Virus record (IMG/VR): IMGVR_UViG_3300033150_000902
Span: 1 to 60,459 of that record
DNA length: 60,459 nucleotides
Strand: one strand, 5' to 3'
Origin: a virus
Lineage: Duplodnaviria > Caudoviricetes
This document shows, in pieces, positions 20,117 to 30,195 of the stretch. Within the stretch, counting starts at the first letter, position 1. Every line of letters begins with the position of its first letter. The position numbers and the translations under genes are program-made. The notes below the pieces were generated by a model. That model did not search any database, had not been told where the DNA came from, and saw nothing but the letters and a program-made list of their open reading frames with translations.

Positions 20117-21519
20117 TATTCTATCTCCTCTTCTTCCCCAAAGGACTCAAGCAAAGACTCAATATAAGCCAACTGTTCTGACGAGAAATTCAACCAATCC
20201 CTCAAGAATACCTCCGGCGGCACTATCTGGTCCGCGCCAGGGGACATCACATACTTGGACAAGGCTTCCGCTTTTATTCTACTAACCTCGGCTTCTTCCT
20301 TCTCACTGCGGGGCATTAATTCAGGCCATTTTATAACATATCCGTTCACAGGTTCCGGCAGAATTCCATAATCAATGCACCGATCAATCAATGCCCGTAA
20401 GATAACCGGTTCACAAAAGTTCTTTCGTCTCGCATCCACCCTCTCTAACCACGCCCGTTCATCCTGACTACTTGCTAACTCACCTCTCTCCGAACCTAGC
20501 AAAATGCGTTTGGGAATTTGACAACCCGCACTGATCATGCTTATCAATACGTCAAAATGATCTTTAGGACTAGCAACTTGTATTCCCAAACTTTTCATCT
20601 CGACGCCTTCTAATCGCACGTGCCTTTGTAAGTCATGCAAGAATGCTTGAATCTCATCTTCAAGATCGTCTAACGATTGAGCGTCAAAGGAGGCGTCGTC
20701 TTTGGCCTCCAAACTGTAGCCTGGGAACGCGCCCCGCCAAAACATTTCAGCAGAGCCCCCTACTACGTATTCAAGTGCTTGAAGATGGTTATAAACATTC
20801 TCCAAACGAGGCGTTCCCCATACGTCATTGTCAAGCAACCCTTCCGCTATATGTATCACCCTGGTATGATGCACCTTAAAATCTTTGCTTTGAGTAATGC
20901 CTTTTATGCTGTATCTTGGACTCAATTTGTATATCTTAGGGAGACCATAACGAGGACTCCCTGGGTCTTCCTCCCATTCCGCCACTGCCGAGTCATCAAC
21001 CATATAAGGCCGCAAATACAAGAGCTTTCTTTCCGTCCCCTGCTCCACAGGCAATATCATCTCATCAGAATTCTTGACATCATCCAAGCCCATATACAGG
21101 ATGCCAAACCAACCTATTCCTGATAACACGTCCGCCCGGCTCAGATAATGGTATATGCCATGAGACTTAACCAACTCTTTCCAAGCATTATCAAAGAGGG
21201 CTGCCTGCTTCGGGTCTTTGTCCACTTCCTCTACAGTCGGATGCCTACGCCAACTCGCCTCAGGTTTAGCCTCTATTACATGTTTGGCAATCTCATTCCT
21301 CTTATACATAGACAAGTAATGATTAAACGTCAGATTAAGGACATAGCCTAAAGACTTGTAAATGTCTCGTTCTGCCTTGCCCCCCGCGCTTGGGTAGTAG
21401 CTCTTCCCGGCCAGGCCTCCCAGGCTCATACGGTCTACTAAAATCTTTGCCGTATTCAAGAGTGTAAGAGTATTCCTCTTACGCCGTTCAAGGTTTACCG
21501 GATTATTTGTTCGCTTCAT
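20116..21519 (-). CDS. Portal protein (DUF1073-like)
   Basis: 467 aa directly after TerL; DPGSPRYGLP, VHHTRVIH, IPKRILLGSERGELAS. Confidence 0.85.
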   Translation of the reverse strand: MKRTNNPVNLERRKRNTLTLLNTAKILVDRMSLGGLAGKSYYPSAGGKAERDIYKSLGYVLNLTFNHYLSMYKRNEIAKHVIEAKPEASWRRHPTVEEVDKDPKQAALFDNAWKELVKSHGIYHYLSRADVLSGIGWFGILYMGLDDVKNSDEMILPVEQGTERKLLYLRPYMVDDSAVAEWEEDPGSPRYGLPKIYKLSPRYSIKGITQSKDFKVHHTRVIHIAEGLLDNDVWGTPRLENVYNHLQALEYVVGGSAEMFWRGAFPGYSLEAKDDASFDAQSLDDLEDEIQAFLHDLQRHVRLEGVEMKSLGIQVASPKDHFDVLISMISAGCQIPKRILLGSERGELASSQDERAWLERVDARRKNFCEPVILRALIDRCIDYGILPEPVNGYVIKWPELMPRSEKEEAEVSRIKAEALSKYVMSPGADQIVPPEVFLRDWLNFSSEQLAYIESLLESFGEEEEIE

Positions 21520-21789
21520 CTTCCCTCACCTTTGGTTTTATAGACTGTAGTGAATATATCTCTACTTGTCCGAATCGTGCCGGCCACAACCATGTCCCTG
21601 AAAGGATTCCTCAATTGTTTCCTTGAAAGCCTGCTCGGTCTATAACGTATATTATAACCGTGTATCTCCCGTGCAGGGCGTCGGCGCATCCGTTCTTCCA
21701 TTGTATACCCCTCTTCATCCCGTCCACATGAAGGGCAAGTGCTGCGTTCATTGTCCACATCAAGATCACAGAAATAGCATGTCCACATT

Positions 21790-23352
21790 TTACCGTCTCC
21801 CCCATACTCCGGCTCGTCTTTTCTTCCCGGGAAAGGCCAACTTAGCAAACGCTCCAGACGCCGCGTCCACCTGATCCTTGTAAGTGGAGAAGGGAAAGTT
21901 TCGATGCTCTTCTATAAATTCATTGTTCCAATCGGCCCGCAACAGGAGAACATTGCCAACATTGACCTGAACGCTATAAGGATCGGCCCGGTATACCTTG
22001 TCCCCTGTAGGCGAGTCCGCCTTGGCCACAAACCCTGCAAGATTTCTTGCGGTAGCTTCTGCGCTTTCCTTGCCTCCACTCCCCGGTTCTTGCTCAAAAT
22101 ACACATGCACGTTTGTTCCATCTGCCTGAGCCGTTTGCTTGATAATCGCCTCCCGCTCATCAGTTGACCATTGACCCCTTTTAACGTCCTGCACCACATA
22201 AGCAGGAGTGTTGTCCGTCCTATCCCGCATAATAACTTTGCTCATCTTTACCCCGACTGTATAGGCTCCACCGCCCGCCGTTGCTCCCTTATCCCAGTAG
22301 CGCACCGTTCTTTCAATAGCCCCGATAGGTAAAGCGTCAACAATTTGAAAATGATCAACCTTGAACATGCCCCCGCCCGGAGGTGTGGGACGCTGGCCTA
22401 TCTGTCCGGCGAATCCGTATTGTCCCAGGTCCTGTTCCAACTCCTTCAGAATGAACCAGGGCATTCTTTTAGCGTCAAGCAAATCCTTTTCATAACGGGA
22501 AGCCAGTTCCGCCGGTTTTAGTTCTTCCTTGTAGTTTCTTATTTCGCCGGGCAAGCATATATGAAATGTATTCTCCTTAGCTTTTGCCAACAAATGTCCT
22601 GACGGATCGTTTTGATGAAGTCTTTGCATAATAAGAACAGTGGCACTGGTTTTCTTGTCTACTTTCCTGGTGCTCAATGTTTGATCAAGCCATCTGTTCG
22701 CCTTCCTCAGTTCAACATCACTAACCGCCCTGTTTGGATCAATCGGATCGTCTACTATCAGGATATGACCATGAAAACCAGTCAGGGTACCACCGACCGA
22801 AGTGCTGTACCGATTGCCACCTAACCGATTAACCCCGTTCGGCATCCGTTTTAAAACCCTAAAATTGCTTTTTGTGTCTTTATCTTGTTTGATGGTAAGC
22901 TCAGGGAAACATTGACTAAATTCAGTTGATCTGATCAAATCCCTGCTATACTCCGCGCTTTCAAGCGACAGCTGACCTGAATATGACGCCGTGATAAACC
23001 TCATCCAATGCCATCTTGTCCAGCACCACACCGGGAACATAATACTGCATGTTATTGTTTTGGTAGTGCCAGGAGGAACATTGATAATCAGATCATGTTC
23101 TTTAGGCAGTCCTTTTGCCACTCTTTCCGCCAGTTGTTCTAATTGTTCCGTTAGATATTCTATATGCCAATTCGGAATGAAGGTATCGTTGGATATGACA
23201 GGCCAGAATTCTTGAATGAAATGATACAATGATCTTCTACAACGCTCAGCCTTTATTTGATAGACATTCTCCAAGGCTTGGCGCATTCTTTCTCTTTTAG
23301 GAGCTTTGGTCCTTGCAAGGCCTAATGACGTTTGATTAAGTGCCACAGACAT
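21790..23352 (-). CDS. terL: Terminase large subunit
   Basis: Walker A VPPGTTKT, Walker B ILIVDDP, IMQRLH, nuclease motifs YWDK, EQEPGSGGK, DQVDA. Confidence 0.92.
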   Translation of the reverse strand: MSVALNQTSLGLARTKAPKRERMRQALENVYQIKAERCRRSLYHFIQEFWPVISNDTFIPNWHIEYLTEQLEQLAERVAKGLPKEHDLIINVPPGTTKTITCSIMFPVWCWTRWHWMRFITASYSGQLSLESAEYSRDLIRSTEFSQCFPELTIKQDKDTKSNFRVLKRMPNGVNRLGGNRYSTSVGGTLTGFHGHILIVDDPIDPNRAVSDVELRKANRWLDQTLSTRKVDKKTSATVLIMQRLHQNDPSGHLLAKAKENTFHICLPGEIRNYKEELKPAELASRYEKDLLDAKRMPWFILKELEQDLGQYGFAGQIGQRPTPPGGGMFKVDHFQIVDALPIGAIERTVRYWDKGATAGGGAYTVGVKMSKVIMRDRTDNTPAYVVQDVKRGQWSTDEREAIIKQTAQADGTNVHVYFEQEPGSGGKESAEATARNLAGFVAKADSPTGDKVYRADPYSVQVNVGNVLLLRADWNNEFIEEHRNFPFSTYKDQVDAASGAFAKLAFPGKKRRAGVWGRR

Positions 23353-23356
23353 GTTT

Positions 23357-23929
23357 TTACTTATCTTCTTCCTGTTTCTGCTGTAACGCTTTCAGGCCAA
23401 TCCTTTCCAACATTTTCAATTCCTCGTCGGTCAGGTCAGACAAATCAAGATCGTGTTGTATATTTTGATTCTGGGTTCTGATAGGGCCCCCGCCCTTGCC
23501 TGTTATTTCCGTGCGGGTGATTTCAAGCCAAGGTTGCGCATTGTTCTTGGTTCTGTTTTTCAACCAAATCCAGGCGGCCCCGGTATCAGGCGGGTAATGC
23601 TTGACAATAGGAGTTTTTACTATTTCGCCATTGACTACACGGATATCCACGTCTGGATGGGAATAACCACATGCCTTTCTGTACAGACTGACAGCCACAT
23701 TAGCATCGGCTTCTGTCTTGCCTTTTTTCAGAGCTTCCCTGAAAGACGGAAAACGATTTTTCCAATTCTCAATAGTCTGCGGAGCAACACCAAAAGCAGT
23801 TGCCAACTCCACGTCTGTAAGACCTAACAGGGTGAGCTTATAAGCCCGTTCCGCAATGTCTATAGTATATTTAGTTTTCCTTCCCGGTTTTTGTTTCTCG
23901 TCCATCCGTTCCCCTCTATATATACACAT
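23357..23929 (-). CDS. terS: Terminase small subunit
   Basis: GRKTKY, HTH (GLTDVELATAFGVAPQTIENWK), HYPPDTGAAWIWLKNR, EITGKGGGPI; directly upstream of TerL. Confidence 0.85.
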   Translation of the reverse strand: MCIYRGERMDEKQKPGRKTKYTIDIAERAYKLTLLGLTDVELATAFGVAPQTIENWKNRFPSFREALKKGKTEADANVAVSLYRKACGYSHPDVDIRVVNGEIVKTPIVKHYPPDTGAAWIWLKNRTKNNAQPWLEITRTEITGKGGGPIRTQNQNIQHDLDLSDLTDEELKMLERIGLKALQQKQEEDK

Positions 23930-24129
23930 GGATTGGGTAATATAACGTGTGATATACTACTTGGAATATATTTATATCTGTTTTTTAATAAAAAGTCAAG
24001 AGGGGATAAACGGAAGGAGTCTTTCTTTGTTGAATTTCCTGCGGCCTTTATACTAAGACACGCAACTGTCTTTATGATATTATTTTACTTATATCCCTTA
24101 TGCTATATTAATGCAATGCACTATTTTAC

Positions 24130-25680
24130 TCACCTATAACTCCCTAAAACCGGTCTACCTATCTGCAACCGCTGGAGCACGGTTACCGGCCTGAGTGAGT
24201 CAAAATCCGCCTCCCGCACCACCAGTTCATTTATCCGCACAATTCCGATTCGCTTCTCTTCCGGTGTTTGATTAAGACCGTACATGGCCGTAACATGGGC
24301 GAATTTCCGCTTGTCCTCGCTGAAATCAGACATACTAAGCAAATCTTTTTTATATCCAGCGGCCTTAATCTGGGTTGCCGTAATGACCAAACAATGTTTT
24401 TCCTCCGACAACGACCGCAGTCTCTGCCAAATCTTGCCTTGTTGTTGTCGAAAGTCGGCCCTTGAAAAATCCGGGTCAGGTGCCAGTATATCAGCGTAGT
24501 CTATAATAATCACGTCCGGCACAAATCCATCTCTTCGTTCCCAAGCGGAAAGCAGGGATTTGATTTCGGTGATACTTAACATCTCGTTAGGATAGGTGCT
24601 CAAACGAAATCTGTTTCCGAACCTTTCCCCAAACAACCTCAACATTCTATAAGCCTGTTGCCAAGTCAGAGGCTTTGTCTCTGGCTGCCATTCAAACCAG
24701 GGCGTTCCTACAAGCCGATCACAATTACGACACGGCTTGTGTTCCTTGAAATGTGTTACCGCTTGAATCAGATTATCGTACGTGATTTCCTCTTTTGGTT
24801 TGAAAATACGATCAATCGTTTCCTCCCGGCACTCCATATCGCACTCATCCGTCTGATGTAAGAGGCAGTCCACAACAGGCACCCACATTCCCTTGCAATA
24901 ACGGGACTCATCCGAACGTCTTGCCAAATAAATAGATATCCTCCTGAGTTGTTGCGCCTCGGTCATATCCCCTGCTTGAAAAAAGACAACATTACTGCCT
25001 GATCGAACCGCCCGCAAAGCCAAATCTATAAGCAAAAATGATTTGCCTCGTTTCTCCGCTCCCATGAAAGCCACAAACGCCCCTCGTACCAGCTCTCTAT
25101 TCATCATGTCCCCCAGGGCTTTTGAAAACCGGATCAGAGGTTCCCCCCTCTCTTGGAAGGCGGCTTTGACCTGGCTTCGAACGTCTTGCGAGAAAGGATC
25201 AATAGATTGACTATCCTGTGTAATCGCAGACGAGTAACCAAGGGCGAGATTCTCCGCCTCTGTTACATTGCCATCTTCTATCGCTTGTTGAATTCTTTCA
25301 GCGTGTTGTAATAAATTCCTTTGCCGCAGGTAAGCCTTGGTTTGATCAAGAAGATACTGTAGATTGAACTGACCCCGCTCATACTCGCTTGACAGGCTCC
25401 TTAACAACAGGTCAATAGCTTCCGCTATGTCTTTGCTCAAACCCGCTTTGAGTTTGGTTGTGTAAATGCCTTCTATGTCTCGTTTAGGAGCCTTTCCGTA
25501 TTGATTGAAGTAATCAAAGCACCAGGAAGAAAGCACTCTTGCAAAGCTTGACTCTAATAGGTCCGCACTCCAATGTCCCGATAACTCCCGTATGTAGTCA
25601 GTAGAGACGATCAGACCTATGCAAATTTTACGTTCTATAAACTCATCAATCTGAGTGATATTCATTTTACCCCTGTTCAT
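24130..25680 (-). CDS. Replicative SF4 (DnaB-like) helicase
   Basis: Walker A GAEKRGKS, Walker B IIIDYAD, ITATQ. Confidence 0.8.
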   Translation of the reverse strand: MNRGKMNITQIDEFIERKICIGLIVSTDYIRELSGHWSADLLESSFARVLSSWCFDYFNQYGKAPKRDIEGIYTTKLKAGLSKDIAEAIDLLLRSLSSEYERGQFNLQYLLDQTKAYLRQRNLLQHAERIQQAIEDGNVTEAENLALGYSSAITQDSQSIDPFSQDVRSQVKAAFQERGEPLIRFSKALGDMMNRELVRGAFVAFMGAEKRGKSFLLIDLALRAVRSGSNVVFFQAGDMTEAQQLRRISIYLARRSDESRYCKGMWVPVVDCLLHQTDECDMECREETIDRIFKPKEEITYDNLIQAVTHFKEHKPCRNCDRLVGTPWFEWQPETKPLTWQQAYRMLRLFGERFGNRFRLSTYPNEMLSITEIKSLLSAWERRDGFVPDVIIIDYADILAPDPDFSRADFRQQQGKIWQRLRSLSEEKHCLVITATQIKAAGYKKDLLSMSDFSEDKRKFAHVTAMYGLNQTPEEKRIGIVRINELVVREADFDSLRPVTVLQRLQIGRPVLGSYR

Positions 25681-26294
25681 CCTTTAACCCGATAGTCTTT
25701 GGCGTCCACGTGATAAATCATGCCTTCACACATCTCTTCAATTCGAGAAACAACCCGTGTATCCTGAAATTTTGAGCCTAATTCATCCAACGGAATATTG
25801 GATGTAATTATTGTTGGCAACATCTCGTTGTAACGCTCTCCTATAATCAGGTACAAAGTCTGGTATGTCCAGTCCGTGCTCATCTCCACGCCTACGTCAT
25901 CCAACACCAGCGTCCGGGCGTCCAGAAATTTATCAACTATTTCACTTCTGGGAGGCCCTGTATAGTGAGAATCAAAAGTGTCCTTAATGTCCTGGAGCAA
26001 CCGTGGGAACCAACAGAAGGCATGGTCAAACTTAGGAACATAGTATCGGTCGTACTGTTCAGACTTGGGATCAAGCCTTTGTAAAAACGTTTCGGCGTTG
26101 TGGATTTGTCGTCTCAGGGATTCGGCAAGGATGTGACATGCAAAAGTAGTTTTGCCGTTTCCATTGCCGCCATACCAGTAGCTGCTCCTGCCTATGTATT
26201 TTGCAGGATTACTCAGCTTCCCTGCCAATCTTCTTAAATCATGCCGAACCCGTTTCGGAATGCCTGTGTAAATCAACAAATCATAAAAGTCCAT
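25677..26294 (-). CDS. DnaC/IstB-like AAA+ helicase loader
   Basis: GGNGNGKT, LVLDDVG, RYNEMLPTIITSN, RVVSRI. Confidence 0.85.
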   Translation of the reverse strand: MDFYDLLIYTGIPKRVRHDLRRLAGKLSNPAKYIGRSSYWYGGNGNGKTTFACHILAESLRRQIHNAETFLQRLDPKSEQYDRYYVPKFDHAFCWFPRLLQDIKDTFDSHYTGPPRSEIVDKFLDARTLVLDDVGVEMSTDWTYQTLYLIIGERYNEMLPTIITSNIPLDELGSKFQDTRVVSRIEEMCEGMIYHVDAKDYRVKG

Positions 26295-26469
26295 TTTATC
26301 CTCACAGAAACAAGAGAGAGACGAACAATAAAACGCAAAAAACCGCCTCTAAGCCAAAAACGGCCAGAAACCTATACCAAGGTATAGGGTTAACCGAGAT
26401 CGCCGCTCTGAGAGCCTAAAAAAGCGTCTCAGCATACGCTTTTGCATAAAAATGAAGATACCTCTCCCC

Positions 26470-27216
26470 CTAAATTAAGGCGGTTTTCTTTGCCTGCTTT
26501 CCGTACTGGTCATAATCACCGCCTGCGCGATTATGTTTCGACTTTGTTTTAGACGCTTCCACGGATTCAGGGAACACTCCGGTCCAGCCGTTCTCAATAG
26601 ACCGACGAAGGGCCATGATAACTTCCCTCTTATTGTGCTTACTTAGTTTGTTGGCGATCATCTTTCCGGCGCGGGGAGTGATCGGCTTATGTATCTCTTT
26701 ACGGTGCATGGCGTATTCCTTGAGTATTTTTTTAAGGGCGGTGCTTTGTCTCCACTCTTCAGGGAGATGCTCAAGTATTAAGTCTATCGAAGAGCCTCCC
26801 TTACCTTTTTTACTATTCTTCTTCTTTGTAGTCTTTGGTTGATCTTTGCCTGTCTTTTGGTTGTCCTCTTTTTCTTTGTCATTTTGGTATATATCATAAT
26901 TAACAATAGAAATTATACTATAATGGGCGTTCCTTTGGACAGTCAGTTTTCCCATGCTTCTTAATTTTTCAATTTTGTTGCGGACTGTGCTCTCTGGCAT
27001 ATCAAGCTCCTTTGCGGCGATTTTCCTACCAAAAAGGAACTGCCCCCTTTCAAGAAAAACCTCTATCTGCCTTCTGTAGGTGGACACACTCACCCAGGCG
27101 TCTTCATACTTTGCTTGACAAAGGCACCATATCCAAACCTTAAGGAGCTTCTCATTTTTAAATATCTTGCTGTCTATTATTTTTCTATAAAGGCGGAACC
27201 ATCCTTTGCTGTGCAT
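26470..27216 (-). CDS. Phage replication initiator (replisome organizer)
   Basis: GWFRLYRKI, LERGQF, wHTH, IVNYDIYQ, C-terminal SIENGWTGVF; upstream of the DnaC-like gene. Confidence 0.8.
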   Translation of the reverse strand: MHSKGWFRLYRKIIDSKIFKNEKLLKVWIWCLCQAKYEDAWVSVSTYRRQIEVFLERGQFLFGRKIAAKELDMPESTVRNKIEKLRSMGKLTVQRNAHYSIISIVNYDIYQNDKEKEDNQKTGKDQPKTTKKKNSKKGKGGSSIDLILEHLPEEWRQSTALKKILKEYAMHRKEIHKPITPRAGKMIANKLSKHNKREVIMALRRSIENGWTGVFPESVEASKTKSKHNRAGGDYDQYGKQAKKTALI

Positions 27217-27399
27217 TATATACTCCTAAGATAAAAAATAGTCTGGGTTACATGTCAGTCACTGAAGAGGCTTTCCATCGTACCGCTACAATAAATTTTC
27301 TAAGACGGACTTTATTTTGTAGGTTAGTAAGAGACACCCCTTTCTTTTATTCTTCTTTTCTTTATTCTTTATTTTTTATTCTTATATATTCTTTATATG

Positions 27400-27750
27400 T
27401 GTCCTCTCAGCTGTCCTATTTTTATTTTGCCCCCTATGTAACTATCGTAATTTATTAGAAAAAAACAGTGGTTATGCCTGTCCTCTCAGCTGTCCTTTGC
27501 CTGTCCTATTTTTATTTTGCCCCCTATGTAACTATCATAATTTATTAGAAAAAAACAGTGGTTATGCCTGTCCTTTAATTTCCCTTAATTGTCTTGTGCC
27601 TGTCCTCTCAGCTGTCCTCTCAGCTGTCCTCTCAGCTGTCCTGTTTTTATTTAGTCCTTTGGCAACTATCATAATTTATTACTAAATTCTATCGTCATGC
27701 CTGTCCTCTCAGCTGTCCTCTCAGCTGTCCTCTCAGCTGTCCTGTTTTTT
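27400..27750. repeat. Iteron-like repeat region, probable replication origin
   Basis: CTGTCCTCTCAG in tandem (3x near 27600 and 3x near 27701) plus single copies; a ~74-bp block at 27411 and 27501 (period 90, one mismatch); flanking T-rich tract; adjacent to the initiator gene. Confidence 0.7.
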
Positions 27751-27788
27751 CGATTCGCCCGTAATTGGGGGTTTTTGCATGTTTCATT

Positions 27789-28073
27789 TCATGACCCCTC
27801 GGATTCCTTTTTTCGGACGGCGTCTCTGACCATATCCGGATCAATGTTTAACCAAAAGCAAACCCTTTCTAATCCGTCATCCGTTTCATCCAGGAGAAAT
27901 CGTTTGGCACTTTCATAGTTCGCAGGAGAAGTATTGTTTGTAGATTTTGGATAATTCAGGTAGTCCCGTAGTGCCCTTAACAAGACGGCGGCCCACAGCT
28001 TTTGTTCCGGCGTGTAGGCAGGATGTCTTGTAATCTTACTGAGGTTAGATACACGCGATTTATTGATATTCAT
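27789..28073 (-). CDS. Hypothetical protein (PEQKLWAAVL..ALRD family)
   Basis: Recurrent small phage protein pattern; in operon. Confidence 0.5.
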   Translation of the reverse strand: MNINKSRVSNLSKITRHPAYTPEQKLWAAVLLRALRDYLNYPKSTNNTSPANYESAKRFLLDETDDGLERVCFWLNIDPDMVRDAVRKKESEGS

Positions 28074-28080
28074 GAAATAA

Positions 28081-28980
28081 TTACTCCCACTTCAATGCCT
28101 CTTTTGTTAGTTTACGGGCTTGATCAATAGACAGACTGCCCGGATCACCTTCTATGGTAATAATCCGGGAAGCCACGCCAAATATCTTCAAATCAGACAT
28201 CAGCTTTTTGGCTTGTTCTTGCGCTTGCGGTTCATCATCAAAAATAATTGTTATCTTGTTGAAGTACTTTGCCATTTCGGTGACTTGTTGAGGTTTGTAA
28301 TTGATCCCGAATGTTGCAAACGCTTTTGGACCTAATTTCCAAACATCGGTAATACCTTCAACACATATTCCTGTCCGATCTTTCCAATGTTGTTGAAGTC
28401 CGTACAGTATATTTTTGTGATGTAGAATTTCCCTGTCTTTCGGACACGCTCGATATTTCGGGATGGCATTGTTATTGATTGCCCTGGTTTGAAAAGACAC
28501 CATTCTTTCATTCCAATAGACAGGAGCCAGTATCCTGTGTTTGTAGTCTATTTTGTCAAGCATGGAAACAGGGCCTGTTCCTAGGACGCCCCATTGAGCG
28601 GCTAAATATCCGGGATCAAACCCCCGCTTTTTTAGATACTGGAGATGTGGAGTTTGAAGCTTGTTTGTATTTGAGGGCAGTTGGAAAGGTTTAGGTTGAA
28701 TCCCTTCAGAGGTGAATTGGTGTTCTTTCCCTCCGTATTTTGGAAGAAGATTTCGTATCTCTGTTTGAGACAGCCCTGTTAATTTGGCTAAAGTCTCTAC
28801 TAATGGATGCCAGCCACACCTCCAGCACCTAAATTGATTGGAGGATAGGTTGAAACACAGGTGTTCTGACGGGTCATCACAGAACACACATTTCATACCT
28901 ATCCATCCTTTCCCTATATTCTTGCCTGATGTTAGGTAAGAAACGGAATAATCCTCTAAGAATCGTTTAATTCTCATCAC
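28081..28980 (-). CDS. DNA primase (Zn-binding + TOPRIM)
   Basis: CVFC...HL...CWRCG; VEGITD; IFDDE. Confidence 0.85.
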   Translation of the reverse strand: MMRIKRFLEDYSVSYLTSGKNIGKGWIGMKCVFCDDPSEHLCFNLSSNQFRCWRCGWHPLVETLAKLTGLSQTEIRNLLPKYGGKEHQFTSEGIQPKPFQLPSNTNKLQTPHLQYLKKRGFDPGYLAAQWGVLGTGPVSMLDKIDYKHRILAPVYWNERMVSFQTRAINNNAIPKYRACPKDREILHHKNILYGLQQHWKDRTGICVEGITDVWKLGPKAFATFGINYKPQQVTEMAKYFNKITIIFDDEPQAQEQAKKLMSDLKIFGVASRIITIEGDPGSLSIDQARKLTKEALKWE

Positions 28981-29242
28981 TCGTATTCCTCCAGATTTCC
29001 CTTATTACTTTGCATTGTCTCTTATTAGTCGCAGGACAGGTCGACTCGTCTTTTCTGGTTTGGTTGTAGAGACAAACCTGTAAATGGATACGTTGTTGCC
29101 TAAGATCACAATAGAAATAATCCTTTAGCTTAACGGTCGCACAACTCAAATTGCTCTCTGGAGTGGAATTTACGGAACAGAGAGAATTCTCACTCTCTTT
29201 CTTGGACGATCCATATTCGCAGTAGTTGCAGATTTCTTTCAT
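28967..29242 (-). CDS. Cys-rich hypothetical protein
   Basis: Several Cys pairs; preceded by a TATAAT motif. Confidence 0.4.
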   Translation of the reverse strand: MKEICNYCEYGSSKKESENSLCSVNSTPESNLSCATVKLKDYFYCDLRQQRIHLQVCLYNQTRKDESTCPATNKRQCKVIREIWRNTSDEN

Positions 29243-29272
29243 AGCAGACCCCTCTATACATATTATATCGTT

Positions 29273-29764
29273 TTAAGACGTTTCGTTGACAAATTTTTTC
29301 AATTCCGTGAAAGTTTTTTTAATGTCCGTCTCCTTCCATTCCATGCGTCTTAGAAGCTGTTTGAGTTTCCCCTTGGCTTTTTTAGGAGTAAAACCGCCTA
29401 TATATGGCCTGTGAAAGATTATTCTACAAATGATTTGAGCCTCTTTGCTTAGTTGGCACACCGTCTCCTTGAAGATCAGGTCCTCTTCCGGGGAGGTCGA
29501 ATAAGAAAAATAGTCAAGGTCAGGGGAGTATTTGATTTTCCCTTCCGATTGTTTTTGCTTATCAATATATTGCAACAAATGAGTCCTTATGCAGTGAAAA
29601 ATATAAGTGGTCACTTTTCCTTTATCTGGGTCATATGACTGTATGGCTTTCAGGTAGGCTGTATATGCCTCTTGTAACAAATCTTCCCATTCCAAATCAG
29701 CATTCTTGTTCATAGACCAGGCGACTTTTTGAATTAAATTCTCGACTTCTCGTAATTCAGGCAT
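29273..29764 (-). CDS. Sigma-70 family (ECF-like) phage sigma factor
   Basis: EDLLQEAYTAYLKAIQSYDPDKGKVTTYIFHCIR (region 2); TSPEE...LSKE. Confidence 0.75.
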   Translation of the reverse strand: MPELREVENLIQKVAWSMNKNADLEWEDLLQEAYTAYLKAIQSYDPDKGKVTTYIFHCIRTHLLQYIDKQKQSEGKIKYSPDLDYFSYSTSPEEDLIFKETVCQLSKEAQIICRIIFHRPYIGGFTPKKAKGKLKQLLRRMEWKETDIKKTFTELKKFVNETS

Positions 29765-29767
29765 TTG

Positions 29768-29983
29768 TCATCCTCCTATTTTTAGCCATTTTTCATTTGG
29801 TTGTCGTTCATATGCTTGTCCGCGTCCTTTGCCAAACCCTATACCGTTGTTAGAATAGCATTGCACACAAAAGACGCCCCGTGTTCCCCGCTTTAACTTG
29901 CCGTCAACAAAATAGAAATTTAAAGCACGGCCACACAAATCACATTTTTCAGGAGGGGCTCCTTCCCAATATTTTTTGTTCAT
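29768..29983 (-). CDS. Small Zn-ribbon protein
   Basis: CDLC...FVDGK...CVQC...GFGKGRGQ.Y. Confidence 0.55.
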   Translation of the reverse strand: MNKKYWEGAPPEKCDLCGRALNFYFVDGKLKRGTRGVFCVQCYSNNGIGFGKGRGQAYERQPNEKWLKIGG

Positions 29984-30195
29984 TTGTTTTGCCTCCTTTT
30001 CATGTTGGCTTTGATGTCGTTGATTGCGTCTGCCAGGTTAAGCATAACTATACTAAGTTTATTATTTATGCGCTCCTGTGACTCATCGGTGCAAACATCC
30101 ATTGTGTAGGAGCGTAAATTGTTAAGGATATTCATTACGTTACAAAAACTTTCCGTCATGTGTTTGAAGTTGTACTCCATGATCCAACCTCCTTT

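Noticed and set aside
27400-27750. Second guide array, or coding VLSA repeats (27497..27918 ORFs)
   Set aside because: Repeats are identical tandem copies without variable spacers and sit beside the initiator; better explained as iterons.
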